Assembly: GCA_964187785.1 (NCBI GenBank)
Contig: OZ076409.1
Location: 49,292,001 to 49,356,000 of the forward strand
Length of the DNA: 64,000 bases
Source of the DNA: Amphiscolops sp. MND2022
Lineage: Eukaryota
Direction: 5' to 3'
Positions 62,364 through 64,000 of the stretch are shown piece by piece; the stretch's first letter is position 1; every line of letters begins with the position of its first letter. The position numbers and the translations under genes were made by a program. The notes under the pieces are model-generated. The model did not search any database, was not told the DNA's origin, and saw only the letters and a list, made by a program, of their open reading frames with translations.

Positions 62364-63665
62364 TTATTTTCTGCCCATATTTCATATGGCAAAAAGAAAA
62401 ATATTTGAATCCAACGGGGTTTTTTTACAAAATTTGTCAAGCACAAAATTTATATCCAAGCTAAAGGGTTTCACCCATTGAATTCAAGTGACGTAAAATT
62501 AGTATCATGCGGTATGTTTTTTAGAGACTTTTGGACTTTTTTGGTCGACCCAAAGGCCCCAGAATGACCCAAAAATGACCTTAAAAATAGTGAAACCTGC
62601 AAAATATTCCTATTTTATCCGTTTTAAATCAATATTTGTCGAATTATCTATAGATTTCGTGGCTTAGAACGTTGAAAACGTTCAAAAGCGAAACAGTTCG
62701 TTATCCAAGAGGCATTTTTGAAGAAACGAAGGTAGCTTTTGAATGAAAAAATGCCTCAAATTGCGACCGAAGCTGAAAAAAATTCCAAAAATTCAAATTT
62801 TCACCGTTCTAATGCAATTTTTGTCAAATTTTCGATACACTTGCTAGCGTAGGAAGTTGAACGCGTTCAACAAGGAAGCAATTCGTTGTCCAAGAGGCTT
62901 CTTCGGAGAGATAAGTGCAATTTGATTTGAAAAAAAATACTAAAATGAGGTTCGAAACAACCCCAAGGAACCGGAATGAAAAGTTGAAACTTTTAAACGA
63001 TTTTGTGCACAGTCTGTGAAATTTTCGAAACGTTTCGAGGGTTAGAATAACAGAATGGTTCAACAGCAAGTTGATATCCAGTTGCCTTTCGTGGGAGGTA
63101 TTTGCTAATTTGTGTTTGGAAGTGTCTCAAGTGACTCAAAATGAACCAAAAATTGTATAAAATATCGAAAGTTTCTTTTTTTTCGATTTTAGCAATTGTT
63201 GGTGAAAGTTTCGTTGAACTGAAGGGTTTTAAAGCTCTAGACGATTTACCAAGCTATGCACTACGCATTTTGAAGGAGAATTTTGTAGTTCTTCAGATAA
63301 CATTATCTCAGAATCACCCAAAATTGTCAAAAATCCAAAACCTTCCAAAAAACGATATTTGTTGGAATTTTTGTACATTAGAAGAACGAAAATATTCAAC
63401 AGCAAACAAACGCAGAAAAGAGTATACTTTTTGAAAACCAATGGCAGTTTCATGCTAGAAAAGAGCCCCACAAAGACCCCAGCATTACCAAAAATCAACA
63501 GTTTTGACGTTTTTGATCCACTTTTTTCGAAACTTTGGAAAATTTCGTAAATTAGAACTTTGAAAATTTGAATTGACTTTTGAATAAACTGTTGTTCAGT
63601 AAATGTTTTGAAAAAATAAATGCGACTTATCATATGAAATATGCCTCGATATGCCCCAAATTGTT
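62364..63665 (+). mobile_element. Family B DINE-like element
   Basis: Subterminal inverted repeat CATATTTCATATG near 62376 and CATATGAAATATG near 63631, followed by TTGTT; internal ~125-bp repeats. Confidence 0.55.
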
Positions 63666-64000
63666 TGTCGTTTTTTCTGCAGTATGTGTACAGTTTCTGA
63701 AAGTTTTTGTGGCTGAGAAAGTTCTAAACACTCAAAAAGGAACAAACTAGCCATGCAGTATGCTATTTTGATTAGAGCGTTTCAGTATTTTGCTTCCAAA
63801 ACACTTCAAAAGTGACCCTTACGAGTTGGAAATTCAAAAATCCAAATTCAACGGTTCTTATTCAATTCTTATTCAAAATTGTGATTTTTTTATGTTTCTA
63901 GAAGCCGAGCAAGAAACTGACAAGGCTTGCAACCCCTACTTGCAGACAAGACAATCAGTGACCATCGATAGTAAATATAGTCTTTCAATTTTTCACGAAA

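Noticed and set aside
58866..62661. Pack-type transposon capturing the C1q exons between TIRs
   Set aside because: The element ends face the gene and each repeat extends outward as its own element; the gene probably continues past the right copy.

Overview
AT-rich, repeat-dense animal (invertebrate-like) genomic window; the species cannot be determined from the sequence. The left end holds a minus-strand Ty3/Gypsy LTR retrotransposon: 5' LTR, tRNA-Asn-type PBS, gag, -1 frameshift signal, and PR-RT-RNaseH-integrase. Its pol carries a TARG1/OARD1 (Poa1p/DarG-like) macrodomain between RNase H and integrase. It abuts a second LTR-like unit, and about 1.3 kb further lies an intronless JmjC-type 2OG/Fe(II) oxygenase ORF in transposon-like DNA. 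The macrodomain fusion and the JmjC ORF are the best candidates for transposon-borne anti-silencing or anti-defence functions. Other mobile DNA: two solo-LTR-like units that carry an ORF inside the LTR, a full-length degenerate Gypsy with LTRs and TSD, a CR1/L2-type LINE nested in a TIR element, a Copia RNase H fragment between about 320-bp direct repeats, many MITEs (hAT, piggyBac-like, TA-type), and two Helentron/DINE-1-like non-autonomous families. There are also two near-identical tandem duplications (1.75 and 3.7 kb) and a 200-N gap. Three spliced host loci were reconstructed by eye: an unknown minus-strand gene (about 10.5-19.4 kb), a B-box-like/coiled-coil gene (30.3-42.8 kb, +), and an adipolin/erythroferrone (C1q/TNF)-like gene (59.5-62.3 kb, -). 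All domain calls are motif recognition from memory, not database searches.
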